Shown: piece after piece, positions 61,101 to 64,000 of the stretch
Layout of the letters: every line of letters begins with the position of its first letter
Numbering within the stretch: position 1 is the first letter of the stretch
DNA from: Macrostomum lignano
Taxonomy: Eukaryota
Assembly (NCBI GenBank): GCA_002269645.1
Contig: NIVC01000340.1
Span: forward strand, 124,001-188,000
Direction: 5' to 3'
DNA: 64,000 nt
Position numbers and translations under genes: made by a program
The notes under the pieces: model-generated
Database searches by the model: none
Seen by the model: only the letters and a program-made list of their open reading frames with translations
What the model was told of the DNA's origin: nothing

Positions 61101-61725
61101 GAAGATTAAACAGGGCACAAGATGCTGTTTTCGAGTCTAACCACCATCCGAACCCTCCCCCCCCCCAGGTGACTTCGGTCTGGCCACGGCTCTCATGGAC
61201 GAAGAGGCGGCAGCGGCTGCAGTCGCGGCAAAACCGGTGGACAGCGGCGGCCCGGAGCCGCATCCGCAGGAACTGCACAACACCAAATCCGTGGCCACCT
61301 GGCACACCTCGGAGATCGGCACCCGGCTGTACATGAGCCCCGAGCAGAGCGCCGGCCTGGCCTACAACGAGAAGGTGGACATCTTCAGTCTGGGCCTGAT
61401 CCTGTTCGAACTGTGCCACGCCTTCACCACGGAGATGGAGCGGGTCACCTGCATGCTGCGAGCCAAGGAGAGCCGCTTGCCAACGAAATTCGTCAACGAT
61501 TGGCCAGCCGAATCGGCGCTGATACTTCGATTGTTGTCGGCGAATCCGGCTGATCGACCGTCGGCCGAGGAGATTCTGCTCGACCCGTTGCTGGCGACGC
61601 CGCCTCAGGCTGGCGTTGGAGACAATTCGTCGGCTGTCGATGGTGGCGGCAGTGGTGGCAGATCGCGGACTAGCAGTTCGCAATCCTCCATGCGGTCTGC
61701 TGGGCCCCCGCAGCTGCGGCTATGA
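49119..61725 (+). CDS. EIF2AK3: PERK / eIF2-alpha kinase 3 (ER-stress kinase), 11 exons, about 1366 aa
   Basis: Exons 49119-49450, 52037-52169, 53651-54082, 54771-54943, 55165-55464, 55720-56128, 56623-56929, 57303-57522, 58782-59447, 59767-60338, 61169-61725 (4101 nt, phases consistent; the 59447 donor is tentative). Signal peptide; IRE1/PERK luminal motifs [34 protein letters not shown]; TM segment; SRY..EF...[18 protein letters not shown], large kinase insert, [39 protein letters not shown]. Confidence 0.95.
49705..50835. mobile_element. Composite element in PERK intron 1: inverted outer arms with a 12-bp repeat (TTATTCTGCACG) enclosing a MITE-related insert
   Basis: 49705-49925 and 50715-50835 are diverged inverted copies; inner 50153-50445 is bounded by a 22-bp inverted repeat ATATGTATCATACATGCGCAAC related to the hairpin MITE end. 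Confidence 0.6.
52205..53520. repeat. 16-19-bp minisatellite (CACAGTTTGTGAATTC / CACAGTTTCCGTGAATCC) filling PERK intron 2
   Basis: Direct inspection; an internal block near 52970-53210 is repeated near 53270-53510. Confidence 0.95.
54125..54725. repeat. 28-bp minisatellite (GTTGCTGGGCCAGCCTCCCAGATCCTCA) filling PERK intron 3
   Basis: About 21 copies. Confidence 0.96.
55007..55088 (+). pseudogene. tRNA-Leu-like relic (pseudo-tRNA or SINE head) in PERK intron 4
   Basis: 82 nt: GTCAGGGTAGCTCAGCGGTGTAAGGCG resembles the 5' end of tRNA-Leu; long variable region; T-loop GGTTCGACTCC; ends CCGCCA. Acceptor and anticodon stems are mispaired. Confidence 0.62.
55489..55690. repeat. About 47-bp repeat containing GCGATATGTATCGAAAGTAGCTTT in PERK intron 5
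   Basis: 4-5 copies. Confidence 0.88.
56143..56540. repeat. Degenerate repeats of CGATATGTATCGAAA in PERK intron 6
   Basis: About 8 irregularly spaced copies. Confidence 0.78.
57540..58730. repeat. 31-bp minisatellite (GATCCCATACTCTAAGTATCCCAGATTCCTT) filling PERK intron 8
   Basis: Homogeneous centre; a divergent variant (CACACCCTAATATCCCATATT) at both edges. Confidence 0.95.
60345..61085. repeat. About 25-bp purine-rich minisatellite (GAGATTAGAGAGGGTGAGATGGAAT) filling PERK intron 10
   Basis: Direct inspection. Confidence 0.92.
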
Positions 61726-61734
61726 ATATTGAGC

Positions 61735-62245
61735 AATTGATTGATTGATTTTTTATTTAGTAAGCGATTAATTATTTGATTACTAGATTGATTGATTTTT
61801 TAGTAATTGATTGATTGACTAATTGAATGATTGATTCATTGAGCGATTGATTGATTGATTAATTGTGTGATTTGATTGATTGATTGATCGAGTGATTGAT
61901 TGATTGATCGAGTGATTGATTGATTGAGTGGTGATAGTGGTGATTACTTGATTGATTGAGCGATTGATTGATTGATTGAGCGATTGTTTGATTGATTAAT
62001 TGGATGATTTGATTGATTGATTGATCGAGTGATTGATTGATTGAGTGGTGATAGTGGTGATTACTTGATTGATTGAGCGATTGATTGATTGATTGATTGA
62101 CTGATTGAGCGATTGATTGAGTGATTGGTTGATTGATTGATTGATTGATTGACTGATTGAGCGATTGATTGATTGACTGATTGAGCGATTGATTAATTGA
62201 GTGATTGATCGAGTGATTGATTGAATGATTGATTGAGCGATTGTC
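61735..62245. repeat. (GATT)n microsatellite immediately 3' of the PERK stop
   Basis: Direct inspection. Confidence 0.95.
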
Positions 62246-62924
62246 GGCATTCTGCTTTTTGTTAAGACACCGTGTCAGTTTATTTTTGTCTGTGCATATC
62301 TTAAATTTTGGGTTCCTTTTTCATGTAATCCTCAATCAAACAAGCTGTCTGAAATCCCTAGAACTATCCCTTTAACGGGTGGATATCTCAAGTCAGAACA
62401 TAGTGAATATCAGAGACTGTCTCCAACTTAATTTAAGTTTGATGTTTTACAGTCATCGAATTTCTTATTAACCATTGGATCATTATTTTAGTTTGTTCCA
62501 GACTGGCCTCCTGTATTTATTGATAGCAAAACCGCCTGACTCAAGTGGAATTTCGGTGAATTGCTTCGTTTACTGGTGTCTGGTGGGTTTTTGCAATTGC
62601 AGTTTTAGTTTTTAGTAGTTGTTCAAGCCAAAAATGTGTCCCACCACAGTGCTTATGAATCAAGTATGCTATTTTTATTGTCATATCCAGCTAATAAGAA
62701 GCGGGCAAAATGCTACTGCTGCTGCTGTAAGTAGTGCAGGCCGAATGCTCACTTTGTTTTTATCTTTCATGCAATTGCGCATTGCCAATACTGTGTGTGT
62801 CCGCTCTTTTCAATTGCTTGAATATTTAACTATCGTTGTTTTCGTTCTTTCAAATTTTGTTTTGGTCATTGTTTTCCAATTGATTTTCACATTTGGTAAA
62901 TGAGCAGCTTCATCTGGTAGATTG

Positions 62925-64000
62925 GTTGTTTTATCTAGTAGATTGATGTTTTTGCAATAAATAGCACATTTGTAGTTTTGTCTGTTTTATCTGGTAGGCT
63001 AGTAGGTCCATCTGGTAGATTAGTAGTCTGTCTGGTAGATTGGTAGATCTATATGGTAGATTGCTAGATCTGTCTGGTAGATTCGTAGTCTGTTATGTAG
63101 ATTGTTAGATTTTTCTGGTAGATTGGTAGATCTACATGTATATAGTAGTTTGGTAGATCTATCTGGTAGATTGGTAGTCTGTCAGGCAGATTGGTAGTCT
63201 GTCAGGCAGGTCGGTAGTCTGTCAGGCAGATCGGTAGTCTGTCAGGCAGATTGGTAGTCTGTCAGGCAGATCGGTAGTCTCAGGCAGATCGGTAGTCTGT
63301 CAGGCAGGTTTGTAGTCTGTCAGGTAGATTGGTAGATCTATCTGGTAAATTCGTAGTCTGTCAGGCAGATTGGTAGTCTGTCAGGTAGGTTTGTAGTCTG
63401 TCAGGCAGATCGGTAGTCTGTCAGGCAGATCGGTAGTCTGTCAGGCAGATTGGTAGTCTGTCAGGCAGATCGGTAGTCTCAGGCAGATCGGTAGTCTGTC
63501 AGGCAGGTTTGTAGTCTGTCAGGTAGATTGGTAGATCTATCTGGTAAATTCGTAGTCTGTCAGGCAGATTGGTAGTCTGTCATACAGATTGGTAGTCTGT
63601 CAGGTAGGTTTGTAGTCTGTCAGGCAGATCGGTAGTCTGTCAGGCAGATCGGTAGTCTGTCAGGCAGATTGGTAGTCTGTCATACAGATCGGTAGTCTGT
63701 CAGGCAGATTGGTAGTCTGTCAGGCAGATCGGTAGTCTGTCAGGCAGATCGGTAGTCTGTCAGGCAGATCGGTAGTCTGTCAGGCAGATCGGTAGTCTGT
63801 CAGGCAGATCGGTAGTCTGTCAGGCAGGTTTGTAGTCTGTCAGGTAGATTGGTAGATCTATCTGGTAAATTCGTAGTCTGTCAGGCAGATTGGTAGTCTG
63901 TTATACAGATTGGTAGTCTGTCAGGTAGGTTTGTAGTCTGTCAGGCAGATCGGTAGTCTGTCAGGCAGATCGGTAATCTGTCAGGCAGATTGGTAGTCTG
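62925..64000. repeat. 20-bp minisatellite (CTGTCAGGCAGATCGGTAGT), continuing past the window end
   Basis: Degenerate start, homogeneous from about 63180. Confidence 0.95.

Overview
Eukaryotic, intron-rich animal genomic DNA (standard code, GT-AG introns, CpG not visibly depleted). A free-living flatworm such as Macrostomum lignano is my best guess; this is inference from the minisatellite-filled introns and the gene set, not a database match. Spliced models reconstructed by hand with phase-consistent GT-AG junctions: a serpin (5 exons, +), a secreted hyper-acidic orphan protein (-), a divergent Smoothened (10 exons, +), a RING/coiled-coil/NHL TRIM-NHL-like gene (5 exons, +), intronless cytochrome c (-) and PERK/EIF2AK3 (11 exons, +). 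The 12.8-24 kb stretch is a transposon cluster: a foldback element, a TIR-bounded MITE-like element, a 2.8 kb Charlie-type hAT element with an 8-bp TSD and a nested hairpin MITE whose empty site is present in the same window, and a 5.0 kb CCC...GGG element with TA flanks (CMC/CACTA-like). The last has no recognisable transposase but carries a spliced coiled-coil plus BEN-domain-like gene; it is the most novel-looking system here. Also present: two copies of a tRNA-headed SINE, a tRNA-Leu-like relic, a decayed hAT transposase, an antisense orphan ORF nested in the last Smoothened intron, and many intronic tandem arrays, most with their own unit. No CRISPR array, rRNA or intact tRNA is supported. 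Most long ORFs in the supplied track are repeat artefacts.
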